NCBI GenBank assembly: GCA_965203275.1
Contig: OZ241865.1
Coordinates: 128,001-192,000 of the forward strand
Source of the DNA: Bdellovibrionales bacterium
GTDB lineage: Bacteria > Bdellovibrionota > Bdellovibrionia > Bdellovibrionales > JAUICD01
Direction: 5' to 3'
DNA: 64,000 nt
The notes under the pieces are model-generated. The model did not search any database. It saw only the letters and a program-made list of their open reading frames with translations, and was not told the DNA's origin. Positions 40,262-50,425 of the stretch are shown in pieces. Within the stretch, counting starts at the first letter, position 1; each line of letters opens with the position of its first letter. Both the position numbers and the translations under genes were made by a program.

Positions 40262-41428
40262 ATGAGTTATTTAGATCACAATGCTACGACGCCTCTGGAT
40301 ATTGATATTGCTACTGCCTTGAAGCAATGGAGTCAAGATTGGGGTAATCCCAGTTCAACCTATTCTTACGGTAGAAATATCAAATCTCATTTAAGGTATA
40401 GCCGATCTCAAATAGCAAACTTAATAGGAGCTAAGAGTTTAGAAGTGGTTTTCACCTCTGGAGGTTCTGAATCCAACAATCAGATTATTCAAGGAGTTTA
40501 TTTTCATAACCAACAATACAACAAAAGTAAAAATCATTATTTGGTAGGAGCTGTTGAACATCCTTCCACCTTAAAAGCTTTTGAATTTATTGAATCACTG
40601 GGTGCTATTGTCGAGACCATCCCTGTAAACAAACAAGGCCAAGTAGATTTAGAGGCTTTTAAAGAAGCTATTCGACCGGATACAGCTTTGGTATCCTTTA
40701 TGTTGGCTCAAAATGAAACAGGCCATATTTATCCTATCAAGAAAATGGTCAAAATAGCCCATCAAAAGCAAGTACTTTTTCACTCTGATTGTGTTCAAGG
40801 TTTAGGTAAAATGCCTCTTTCTGTATCTGATTTAGATCTTGATTTTGCAAGCTTTTCAGCACATAAGTTTTATGCTTTAAAAGGTTGCGGAGCTGTTTAT
40901 ATCAAAACAGGTTATATGCTTTCGTCTTTGATCCATGGAGGGCGACAAGAGCGTTCTCGAAGAGCTGGCACAGAAAACACATTAGGTATTAGAGCCTTTG
41001 CTGTTATGGCCAGTAAGAAAGATCAAATACAAGAAGCTTGTTTGCGTATGCAAGACATTCGAGATACAATGGAAAACAAGCTTTCTAAAATAAGAGGTCT
41101 ACAAATTTTGAAGGGAGTCAAAAGGCTTTGTAATACATCTCATTTTATAATAGATGGTATTGATGGAGAAACACTTTTGATTAATTTAGATCTTTTAGGT
41201 TTTGCTGTCAGTACAGGGGCTGCTTGCAGTTCAGGACAACAAGAATCAAGTCCTACATTAAGGGCTATGGGATTAAGCCGAAGGGAAGCACAAAGTAGCT
41301 TAAGAGTGAGTTTGGGGTGGCATTCCACACAACAAGAAATTAATGCATTTTGTTTAGCACTTGAAAGTGTTATAAATAGGTTAAGGAGCCATCAAAATAA
41401 AAACTTGTATTTATCTCAGAGAATTTAA
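40262..41428 (+). CDS. iscS: Cysteine desulfurase (IscS/NifS family)
   Basis: 'YLDHNATTP', 'FTSGGSES', 'SAHKF', 'STGAACSSG'. Confidence 0.9.
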   Translation: MSYLDHNATTPLDIDIATALKQWSQDWGNPSSTYSYGRNIKSHLRYSRSQIANLIGAKSLEVVFTSGGSESNNQIIQGVYFHNQQYNKSKNHYLVGAVEHPSTLKAFEFIESLGAIVETIPVNKQGQVDLEAFKEAIRPDTALVSFMLAQNETGHIYPIKKMVKIAHQKQVLFHSDCVQGLGKMPLSVSDLDLDFASFSAHKFYALKGCGAVYIKTGYMLSSLIHGGRQERSRRAGTENTLGIRAFAVMASKKDQIQEACLRMQDIRDTMENKLSKIRGLQILKGVKRLCNTSHFIIDGIDGETLLINLDLLGFAVSTGAACSSGQQESSPTLRAMGLSRREAQSSLRVSLGWHSTQQEINAFCLALESVINRLRSHQNKNLYLSQRI

Positions 41429-41432
41429 ACCA

Positions 41433-42572
41433 ATGGGTAACACATTGTCTTTTTCTAAAACTAAAAATACTTTTTGCCAAACTAAAAAAAAACATCGAGT
41501 TTTAGTGGCCATGAGTGGTGGAGTGGATAGCTCTGTAGTTGCTGCTTTATTGGCAGAACAAGGTTATGAGGTGATTGGTGTCACTATGCAAGTATGGGAT
41601 TATTCTAAAAATTGTGCTATTGAAGAAGGTAATGGAACGTGTTGTTCAAGTATAGATGTAGACGATGCCAGAGATGTTGCAGATAAAATTGGGATCCCTT
41701 TTTATGTGATCAATTGTGAATCTAGCTTTAAAACCCATGTCATAGATCCTTTTATTGCAGCTTATCTCAAAGGGCATACGCCTTTACCTTGTGTTCATTG
41801 CAATACTTTTTTAAAGTTTGATTATCTTTTTCAAAAGATGTGGGAATTAGACTGTGATTTTTTAGCTACAGGTCATTATGCTCAAAAAATACTATTACAA
41901 AACAATACTTATGGCATTCTTACAAGCAAAGATTCTTGGAAAGATCAAACTTATTTTTTATTTACATTAGCAAAAGAGCGTATTGCAAAGTTACTTTTTC
42001 CTATTGGTCACTTGCAAAAATCACAAGTGCGTCAATATGCAGAAAAATTTCATTTAATTAATGCCCGTAAAAAAGATAGCACAGGGATTTGCTTTATTGG
42101 ATCACAAGGTTATGGTCAGTTTATTCAAGAACATGTCAGCGAAAAGGATATTAAAAAAGGGCCTATTTGTCTTTACCCTACAGGTGAAGTATTGGGAACA
42201 CATCAAGGGATTCATCATTTTACGTATGGACAGAGGAAAGGACTTGGTATCAATGCTGGTTCTACCCCTCTTTATGTCATTAAAATCGACCATCGTACTT
42301 GCAAGGTATGGGTTGGAGATGAAAAATATTTAATGACTCATAAAATGCAGGTCGAAAACTTAAATCTTTTAGATACCATAGAAGATGGTCAAAGACTTAA
42401 GGTGAAAGTTCGCTATCAACATGTAGGAGATTGGGCTTATTTTTCTAGAGAGAAAGAAAATAACCAAAAAGCTTCTCTTGTCTTTGAAAAGCCACAAAGA
42501 GCAATCACACCTGGTCAAGCTGCTGTTTTTTATAAAGAAAAACAACTAATGGGTGGTGGCTGGATTATATAA
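41433..42572 (+). CDS. mnmA: tRNA-specific 2-thiouridylase
   Basis: 'AMSGGVDSSV', 'ATGHYA', 'KDQTYFL', 'TPGQAAVFY'. Confidence 0.96.
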   Translation: MGNTLSFSKTKNTFCQTKKKHRVLVAMSGGVDSSVVAALLAEQGYEVIGVTMQVWDYSKNCAIEEGNGTCCSSIDVDDARDVADKIGIPFYVINCESSFKTHVIDPFIAAYLKGHTPLPCVHCNTFLKFDYLFQKMWELDCDFLATGHYAQKILLQNNTYGILTSKDSWKDQTYFLFTLAKERIAKLLFPIGHLQKSQVRQYAEKFHLINARKKDSTGICFIGSQGYGQFIQEHVSEKDIKKGPICLYPTGEVLGTHQGIHHFTYGQRKGLGINAGSTPLYVIKIDHRTCKVWVGDEKYLMTHKMQVENLNLLDTIEDGQRLKVKVRYQHVGDWAYFSREKENNQKASLVFEKPQRAITPGQAAVFYKEKQLMGGGWII

Positions 42573-42654
42573 TTGTTGATTTATTGACATCTATAAAATA
42601 GTGTATTTAAAATATAAATTTATTATAGTATTGCAGATGCAAAAGGAGAACACT

Positions 42655-44004
42655 ATGGATAAAGACGTACAAAATTTAATTTCTACACTTGTTAAAAAAG
42701 TCACAGATGCTAACTCTGATATTCAAGGACCTAGAGTTCCTGTGGATTCTCAAAGTCAATACAATCAAACGCTGATAGAAAGCGTTCATCAATTAAGAGG
42801 TCGACCTCTTTTTTTACCTTACATTGGTAAGGGGCGTGGTCATGGTGTTTATGTAGAGCTTGAAGATGGTAGTATCAAAATGGATCTGATCAATGGCATT
42901 GGTATTCATATTATGGGGCATAGCCATCCTGTTTTAATGGAAACAGCCCTTCAAGCTAGTCTTTCAGATATACTTATGCAAGGTAATTTACAGCTGAATA
43001 AAGAATGGATTCATTTGACAGAGAAATTAGTACAACTTGCTTCTAAAAAATCCAGATTGAGACATTGTTGGCTAACAACTTCAGGTTCTATGGCTAATGA
43101 AAATGCTCTTAAAATGACTCGACAAAAACACACACCGGCTCGAAAGATCATCACTATGAAAGAAGCCTTTGCTGGCCGTACGACTATGATGGCTGAAATA
43201 TCAGATAACCCTGCTCATAAAATAGGATTGCCTTCATACAATGAGGTTTTAAGAGTGGATTTTTACGATGCTAAAAATGCTCGTTCTGTAGAACATTCTC
43301 TAGCTCAACTTAAAAAACATATTGCAGAAAATAAGAATAATATTGCTGCCTTTGTTTTTGAACCTCTTTTAGGAGAAGGTGGTTATAAAGTAGCACCTAG
43401 AGAATTTTTTATCCCACTACTTGAAGAGTGCCAAAAGGCGGGCCTGGCTATATGGGTTGATGAAATTCAAACTTTTTGCCGGACAGGTGCCTTTTTTGCT
43501 TATGAAAGATTAGACCTAGGTCCTTATATAGATGTTGTTACAGTAGCTAAGACTCTCCAGTTGGGAGCTACCCTTTACACTCCTGAATATAATCCTGGGC
43601 CAGGCTTAATTGCTGGTACTTTTGTTGCGTCCACTCCTCAATTAGCTGTCGCATTAAAAATTTTAGAAATTTTAGATGCTGATGGTTATATGGGATCTCA
43701 GGGAAAGATTCAATCTATCCATGAATCATTTGTCACTATGTTAGAAAGGCTATCTCAAAATAGCTGTAAAGGATTGATCTCTGATATAGGGGGTATGGGT
43801 TTAATGGTTGCTTTCACTCCATTTGATGGACAAAAAGAAAAACAAACACAGCTGGTTAAAGCACTTTTTAAAAATGGTTTGATTGCTTTTGGATGTGGTC
43901 ATGGCCCTCATCGGATTCGCTTTTTAATCCCTGCCATCATGCAATCAAAAGATATTTTAATAACTGAAAAAATAATAGAGCAGTCTTTATTAGAAATAAA
44001 ATAA
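42655..44004 (+). CDS. Class III PLP-dependent aminotransferase
   Basis: 'SGSMANENALK', 'FAGRT', 'EPLLGEGG', 'DEIQT', 'AKTL'. Confidence 0.9.
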   Translation: MDKDVQNLISTLVKKVTDANSDIQGPRVPVDSQSQYNQTLIESVHQLRGRPLFLPYIGKGRGHGVYVELEDGSIKMDLINGIGIHIMGHSHPVLMETALQASLSDILMQGNLQLNKEWIHLTEKLVQLASKKSRLRHCWLTTSGSMANENALKMTRQKHTPARKIITMKEAFAGRTTMMAEISDNPAHKIGLPSYNEVLRVDFYDAKNARSVEHSLAQLKKHIAENKNNIAAFVFEPLLGEGGYKVAPREFFIPLLEECQKAGLAIWVDEIQTFCRTGAFFAYERLDLGPYIDVVTVAKTLQLGATLYTPEYNPGPGLIAGTFVASTPQLAVALKILEILDADGYMGSQGKIQSIHESFVTMLERLSQNSCKGLISDIGGMGLMVAFTPFDGQKEKQTQLVKALFKNGLIAFGCGHGPHRIRFLIPAIMQSKDILITEKIIEQSLLEIK

Positions 44005-44047
44005 ATTAGAAATAAAATAAGATTTCTGTGTACTGTGTATGAATTAA

Positions 44048-44821
44048 TTATGATGTTTTGGAAATTTTAGAAATACGATATTTCATTATGATGATGTCTT
44101 TGAGCATTTTAAGAGGGTCGAGCCATAAGTTCACAGTACTGCCTGCTATATCATGCCATACTACAGGAAGGTTTTTGTAGGTATAGTGAAAGTGCCTTGC
44201 TAAAAGCAAAACTTCTATATCAAAAGCAAAATGATCACATTCAATGAGAGGGAAAATCTTTTTTGCAACCTTGTAACGGAAGGCTTTAAAGCCACATTGT
44301 GTGTCTTTAATAGGTAACCGAATAAATTGTTGTATGACAATACCAAAGATTTGACTTATTTTTTGTCTTATAAAAGTTTGTTTGACTAAGGATTGACGAT
44401 GCTTTCTATCAGCAATCAAGATATCTATATGAGGATTTTCTTTAAACTCTGCTACAAATTTTAAAACCTCAGCAAGAGGTGTTGCCAGATCAGCATCGCA
44501 AAAGAAAATATATTCTCCTGTAGCATATTGCATACCTGATTTGACAGCAAAGCCCTTACCACGATGGACCTTGTTATCAATTAATTGAAACTGCACACAG
44601 GTTTTAATGCTTTTATCTTCTATATATTTTTCAGCTACTATTAAAGTTTTATCAGTGGATTTTTCTACAACGATAATTACTTCTATATCTAAATTCATTT
44701 TAGTAAAAAAAGATTTAATACTTTTAATGGCAGATGGGAGTCTAGCTTCTTCGTTATAGGCAGGAATGACAATAGAAATACGATCTTTTACAGGCTTTTC
44801 TGTTGTAGCATTTTGTGACAT
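44048..44821 (-). CDS. GT2 polyprenol-phosphate glycosyltransferase (dolichyl-P-glucosyltransferase-like)
   Basis: 'SIVIPAYNEE', 'GKGFAVK', 'DADL', 'DTQCGFK', 'FDIE'. Confidence 0.9.
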   Translation of the reverse strand: MSQNATTEKPVKDRISIVIPAYNEEARLPSAIKSIKSFFTKMNLDIEVIIVVEKSTDKTLIVAEKYIEDKSIKTCVQFQLIDNKVHRGKGFAVKSGMQYATGEYIFFCDADLATPLAEVLKFVAEFKENPHIDILIADRKHRQSLVKQTFIRQKISQIFGIVIQQFIRLPIKDTQCGFKAFRYKVAKKIFPLIECDHFAFDIEVLLLARHFHYTYKNLPVVWHDIAGSTVNLWLDPLKMLKDIIIMKYRISKISKTS

Positions 44822-44932
44822 TTGAGTCTCCTCTTGACTAGAGAGAGTTATTTTATAGCATACCTTCCATTTGATAGGCGTCTTTTTTTATTTGATAGGC
44901 GTCTGTTTTATTTGTCAAACAAATGGTTTTTC

Positions 44933-46132
44933 TTAATTAGGTATTTCTTTTGCAGAATTAATATGAAGTGTACGAGTAGGGAAGGCAAAATCAATAGTTA
45001 ATTTTTCTGCCAATTTGAGTATGGCTAAATGAATTTCTTGATTGACTATAAGCTCTTGACCCCAGCTAGGAACTTCTAAAAAGCAATAGAGCATCACATC
45101 TAAACTGGACTCTTTATAACTTTGGAAAACAACATGAAGCTTTTCTTTATTTGTGTAGGGATGTTGCCGGATAATATCTTTGATCCCTTCTATGAAAGCC
45201 TCTATTTTATGGGAAGGGGTATCATAAGTCACTGAATAAAATGCTTTCATCCTTCGCATTTTACGTCTTCCCATATTATCTATGTTCATTGTAGATAAAT
45301 CGCCATTGGGGATAACCACTAAGGAATCATAAAAAGTACGAATGCGAGTGGAACGAAAGCCTATATCTTCTACTGTTCCTTCTACACTACCAATGATCAC
45401 CCAATCTCCTACTTGAAAGGGTTGATCTAAAAAAATCATAATCGATCCAAAAAAATGACTGCACATATCCTTAGCTGCTAAAGCAAAAGCTAATCCGCCT
45501 AAGCCTAAACCAGCCATGACACTCACCACATTAATGCCTAAGTTTTGAAGAGCTACTAAAATACCAAAAACCACTACTAATATTTTCAATGCACGTTTTA
45601 AAGTGTGTGCCATCTGCTGACTAATTAAAGATTGGCTTTTGTTCATCCACTGAACAGAAAAGTCAACGATGATATCTGTCAACCTATAAAAAGCAGTTAA
45701 AATAGCAAGACATAGCACCACTTTAATTAAAAATAAAAGAAAAGTTAATGTACTACCTTGAACGTTGAAAAGATGGATCCATAAAAACCAAAAAAGACAA
45801 GCTAAAAGCCATTTATTAGAAGGTCTTAAAGCTTCCAAGACGTGATCATCCCAAGTTGTTTGTGTTTTTGCAATCCATTGGTTTAAATATTTTTCTAAAA
45901 AGGTCAATATGTACCTTATAAAGAAGCGACTGACAGTCAAACCTAAAAGTAGCCCTAACCATTTCCACAGTGCCACTTGGAATAACTCAAAGTGCATGAG
46001 GTTTTGTATTCTTGCTTCAAAAAGCAAATCATCCAAATATGTAAATCCTGTTGCCTGTGCTTTTAAAGTACAAAACAACAAAGTTATAAAAAATAATAAA
46101 AAGTGCTTTTTCTTTTTTGCCGTTATTGTCAT
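44933..46132 (-). CDS. Small-conductance mechanosensitive channel (MscS family)
   Basis: 'AGLGLGGLAFALAAKD', 'PFQVGD', 'GFRSTRIR', 'FAFPTRT'. Confidence 0.92.
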   Translation of the reverse strand: MTITAKKKKHFLLFFITLLFCTLKAQATGFTYLDDLLFEARIQNLMHFELFQVALWKWLGLLLGLTVSRFFIRYILTFLEKYLNQWIAKTQTTWDDHVLEALRPSNKWLLACLFWFLWIHLFNVQGSTLTFLLFLIKVVLCLAILTAFYRLTDIIVDFSVQWMNKSQSLISQQMAHTLKRALKILVVVFGILVALQNLGINVVSVMAGLGLGGLAFALAAKDMCSHFFGSIMIFLDQPFQVGDWVIIGSVEGTVEDIGFRSTRIRTFYDSLVVIPNGDLSTMNIDNMGRRKMRRMKAFYSVTYDTPSHKIEAFIEGIKDIIRQHPYTNKEKLHVVFQSYKESSLDVMLYCFLEVPSWGQELIVNQEIHLAILKLAEKLTIDFAFPTRTLHINSAKEIPN

Positions 46133-46635
46133 TTCAATCCTTGTGATTGTGATTTTGTGATTTTAAATTATAAAGTTATTCTTTTAAAGAAGCTTATTAT
46201 ACCACAATTTTTTATTTTTGTCTAGCTTTTTTGTCTATTATTTTAAAAAATAACAATAACAAAAAGTTTAATCTTTATAGGTATTTGTCACATAAAAGAG
46301 AAGTTTTTGTTTATTTATAATAAGCTTGTTTTTACTTTTAGTAGGGATAATATCCTTGTTTTTTACATGATGTTAATCCTGAGTTTGAGAGCAATGGAAA
46401 AATAAAGTTGTGGGATTTCATTAGGTTATGAGCGTAATAAGATTTTGTGCCACTAGGTTTTTGTTTTTGTGGCAGAATTTTGGACAATCTATTAAGATTA
46501 AGATGATTCTACTTTTACTTTTAAGCTTTGATGGGTTTTGCTGGGCTTTATTGGTATTTTAATCTTGGACAAAGGAAGCATTTAAGAGATATTTATATGT
46601 TGATCCGCTCACAAAAAATGATTTGAAACAAAATC

Positions 46636-47298
46636 TTAAAAGGGGTTATTGCTATAGAAATTCAGAAGCTTCTTTTTTTCTGTTATAATCCAGGTATCAT
46701 TATAGATATTTCTTGCTCCAATAAGAAATTTTACATCCTTATAACCATTATTGTTTATTATTATGTTTCTTGGATTTGATTCACCTAACTGACTGGCAGT
46801 GACCACACGAGGAGGGGCCATCCCGCCATTACCTGTAGTAGGTGTTTTTAGAAAGCAAGGTTTCCGTCTTGTTGTTGCTGTTGCTCTGTCACATGCAGTG
46901 CTACTGTTGACATTGTTTTCATCGTTTTGACCTTGTGCATCTTTAGCTAGAGGCCCTGTGTAGCTTACTGGTAGTCCTGTTATATCGGATTTTCGAAACT
47001 TATTGACGTTGTGTGGAGTGCCATACCTATTACCATGAGGCCATCCAGTCGAATAATGATAAACACCCTTTGGATTAAATCCTAGTTGTGAAAAGTTGGC
47101 CGTACCATATCCATAAGTAGTGATAAATACCTTTTCCATTGTGTAAAGTGTAGATAAGGAAAGTTTAGCCTCTCCCTGTCTAGCTTTCGCTTTGTACTTT
47201 TGATATTGTGGGATTGCCACAACACTTAAAAGACCAATGATGGCTACTGCCACCATTAACTCTATAAGAGAAAAGCCTTTTTGATTTGATCTGTCCAT
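46636..47298 (-). CDS. pilA: Type IVa major pilin
   Basis: 'QKG/FSLIELMVAVAIIGLLSVVAIPQYQKYKAKARQGEAK' prepilin motif. Confidence 0.88.
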   Translation of the reverse strand: MDRSNQKGFSLIELMVAVAIIGLLSVVAIPQYQKYKAKARQGEAKLSLSTLYTMEKVFITTYGYGTANFSQLGFNPKGVYHYSTGWPHGNRYGTPHNVNKFRKSDITGLPVSYTGPLAKDAQGQNDENNVNSSTACDRATATTRRKPCFLKTPTTGNGGMAPPRVVTASQLGESNPRNIIINNNGYKDVKFLIGARNIYNDTWIITEKKKLLNFYSNNPF

Positions 47299-47350
47299 AA
47301 TATCCTTTTATTTCTCTCTATACCTTTAGTGAGTACAAAAAAATGAGCCT

Positions 47351-47763
47351 AGTGATTTCAATGACTTAGCACTGTAACTTTTGTATAAAAGTCACAATTT
47401 GAAAGAGTAAAAAACAGGCAAATTTTTGCAAGAAAATTGTTTTGAAAAATCAAACAAAGCAAAAGTCAGAAAACACAAATGAAAATTTATTGTTTATTTC
47501 ACTGATCTTATGTCTTTAAGATTGGTCAAGTGTTTTAAGATGATACAAAAATTTAAAAAAGTGATTCTTTTTGATACAAAATGTCACTTTTTTTGATTTT
47601 TTTTAACAAAAATATAAAGTTTTATGTCATAATAAACGATAAGAATTGTGTTAGACGAAAAATTAGAAATTTCTAAAGTCGACCTAAAAAAGTCTAACAA
47701 TTACAAACACTTAATACTGTGACTTTTATACAAAAGTTACAGTATTAAATAGCTGAAATCACT
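47351..47763. repeat. Segment bounded by inverted repeats (26-bp exact core at 47371-47396 and 47718-47743)
   Basis: ACTGTAACTTTTGTATAAAAGTCACA and its exact reverse complement, plus outer AGTGATTTCA/TGAAATCACT. Confidence 0.85.
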
Positions 47764-48535
47764 GAATTTCCAATTTCCAAATACTTTTTCCCCATCTTTT
47801 AGAAAATACAGAGAAATGAACTTCTTGTTCCCTTAACATCTCACTCAAAATGCATCATGCCTTTCTTTCACTAAAAGTGGTCAGGCTTTTGAGACAATGA
47901 CCATTTTGTCAAAGGCGAAAGCCTTTGCGGTCATTGTCCAAAAGTGGCCAGAGGCCAGTTCACTTTGAGTGAAACAAACTTATTGAAATCACTAGATTTC
48001 CAATTTTCAAATACCCTTTTCCTACCTTTTCAAAAAATCCAAAAGGACGAACATCTTCTTTCCCTAACATCCTGTTAAAAAGCAAGGTGATCCTTCTTAC
48101 TAAAAGTGGTCAGGCTTTCTAGGTTGCCAGCATTTGAGAAGGCGAATAGCCTTCGGCTGGCAACCAGAAAGTGACCAGAGGTCAGACCACTTTTAGTGAA
48201 ACAGCTCAGCCTTTGATCGACGGCGAGAGCCGTCGGGCTAATGATTAGAAGGATGTTTTCCTTAACATGGTGTTAAGAAACGAAGAGATCCTCCCTACTC
48301 AAAGTGAACAGGCTTTTGAGACAATGACCATTTTGTCAAAGGCGAAAGCCTTTGCGGTCATTGTCCAAAAGTAGCCAGAGGCTAGTTCAATTTTAGGGAA
48401 ACAGAGGCCTGGTTTATTTTTAGTGAAAAAGATAAGAAGGCGAATAGCCTTCGGCTGGCAACCAGAAAGTGACCAGAGGTCAGACCACTTTTAGTGAACC
48501 AGAGGTGTGGTTCATTTCAAGTGCAAAAAACGGCT
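47754..48535 (+). repeat. Cluster of structured palindromic repeat elements
   Basis: Units at about 47868-47974, 48060-48200 and 48257-48400, with halves and tails to 48535. Confidence 0.9.
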
Positions 48536-48775
48536 GGTGGAATACCAGATAAATCAATTATTTTTAAGCTTTTGTATTCATTTTCGCTTTTATTTCCATT
48601 AATAATATTTTCAATAATTGTATGAAGGTCATCGTGAGATTGTCAATTTTTCATCATAAAACTATAACGAGAGTCACGTGTTAATAAATCTAACTTCTCT
48701 AAAATTTTTAAATATGGCTCTTGTTGACTTTTATTTTTAGATGGATTATCTCTTTTAGTTTCAATGTTTTTCTTA
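48530..48775 (-). pseudogene. HerA/DUF87-like ATPase remnant
   Basis: Minus-strand translation 'LEKLDLLTRDSRYSFMMKN*...KSLKIIDLSGIPP' has an in-frame TGA and ends at a repeat. Confidence 0.5.
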
Positions 48776-49056
48776 AATACCTTCAAAATCAAGGCTTTTT
48801 TGAAACAACAGTCACAGCTTTACCGCAGGCCTGTTGTGCCTCACACCAAAGAAAAAATAATCGGTTAATATTTTAATCATACCACTTTTTAATAATTCTT
48901 TTTGTTTACTTTGGCCAGTCATAGAATCCTTCAGGGTTGTTTATATTTCTAAACTGCTTTCTTTGGTATAGGATGATTTTCTAAGGAAGTCAAAAAAACA
49001 GAGAGACGTAGCAAATGCCTCTCTGTCATTAAGACAAATATAAAATTGGTCTTATT

Positions 49057-49964
49057 CTATGGTGCTATAGCACCAGCCTTTTTTAATAGTTTTACAATCT
49101 CAGTATGGCCTCTATCTATAGCCAACGCTATAGCCGTACCTTCATAATAACTACCAAAACTACTACTAAGATGATTGACGTTCGCTCCGGCCTCTATCAA
49201 TAACCTTACAATTTCAGTATGACCTTCACGACTAGCCCACAATAAAGCTGTATAGCGATTATAAGTTTGAAGATTGACGTCCGCCTTGGCCTCTATCAAT
49301 AATATTACAATCTCGGTATGGCCATTCCGGCTTGCCCATATTAAAGCTGTATAGCGATCAGAAGTTTGATGATTGACGTCTGCCTTGGCCTCTATCAATA
49401 ACCTTACAATTTCAGTATGGTCTTCATCACTAGCATACATTAAAGCCGTCCAGCCACCATAAGCTTGAAGATTGACGTCCGCTCCGGCCTTTAGCAATAA
49501 CCTTACAATATCAATATGATTATTCTTACTAGCCACCATTAAAGCCGTCATACTTATAGGTTGATCTATTGTTTGATAATTGACGTTCGCACCGGCCGCT
49601 AGCAATAACCCTACAATTTCAGTATGGCCTCCACTACTAGCCACCAATAAAGCCGTCAAGCCACCATAAGTTTGAAGATTGACGTCCGCCTTGGCCTCTA
49701 TCAATAACCTTACAATCTCAGTATGACCTCCATTAATAGCATACATTAAAGCCGTCATACCTATAGGGTGATCTATTTTTTGATAATTGACGTTCGCACC
49801 GGCCTCTAGCAATGACCTTACAGATTTAAGACGACCGTGTTCAGCTTCCTCTAGTAATTTATTTTAATATCCAATTGATTTGGCATAAGACTTTCAGCAC
49901 AAGCCCATAGAGAATCACTAGGAACAAGCAAAGCAATAAATAAGATAAAAATATATTTTTTCAT
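49057..49964 (-). pseudogene. Secreted ankyrin-repeat protein with a frameshift near the N-terminus
   Basis: SD AAGGAG and MKKYIFILFIALLV signal at 49964. The frame breaks near 49862. About 7 canonical 'TALxxASxxGHTEIVRLLIEAxADVN' repeats follow. Confidence 0.8.
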
Positions 49965-50199
49965 TTGTACTTCTCCTTCTTTTTCTTCTTTGAATTAATT
50001 AATTTTTGATCTTATAACATCACACATCTAAAAAGTCAAGCCTAGGTTATAAAAAACTATGGAACTATAGGATTTTAGAAAATTTGGGCAGGACTTAACT
50101 ATTTTTTGAGATTTTTTTAAGAAATATCAGCAATTTGTATCAATTTGAGAAAAAGATATATTGAAAAAAACAAAAGGGACTCTAAGCTTGTCTTTAAAT

Positions 50200-50385
50200 C
50201 ATGAGTTTGATAGCCTGAAAAAATAAAGTTGAGCAGTAGGTTATGTGTCGAAAGAGATTTTGTGCCACTAGGATTTTTTACAAAATCCCAAAAATTCAAG
50301 CTTGCAAATCCCTCTAATGCCTATAAATAAAGCATTCTTAAAAAAGAAAATGCCCAAATTTGCAAATCAACTGTCAAACTCAGGA
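50200..50385. mobile_element. MITE-like element with inverted (CC)TGAGTTTGA ends
   Basis: CATGAGTTTGATAG at the left and CTGTCAAACTCAGGA at the right. The left ~70 nt are similar to 46377-46457 and to the reverse complement of 26157-26234. Confidence 0.5.
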
Positions 50386-50425
50386 TTTAAGTCAGAGGCA
50401 TTTAAAGTTAGAGGCATTTAAAACT

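Noticed and set aside
47400..47432. Sigma-54 promoter for pilA
   Set aside because: The minus-strand TTGCAAAAATTTGC lacks the invariant GG at -24.
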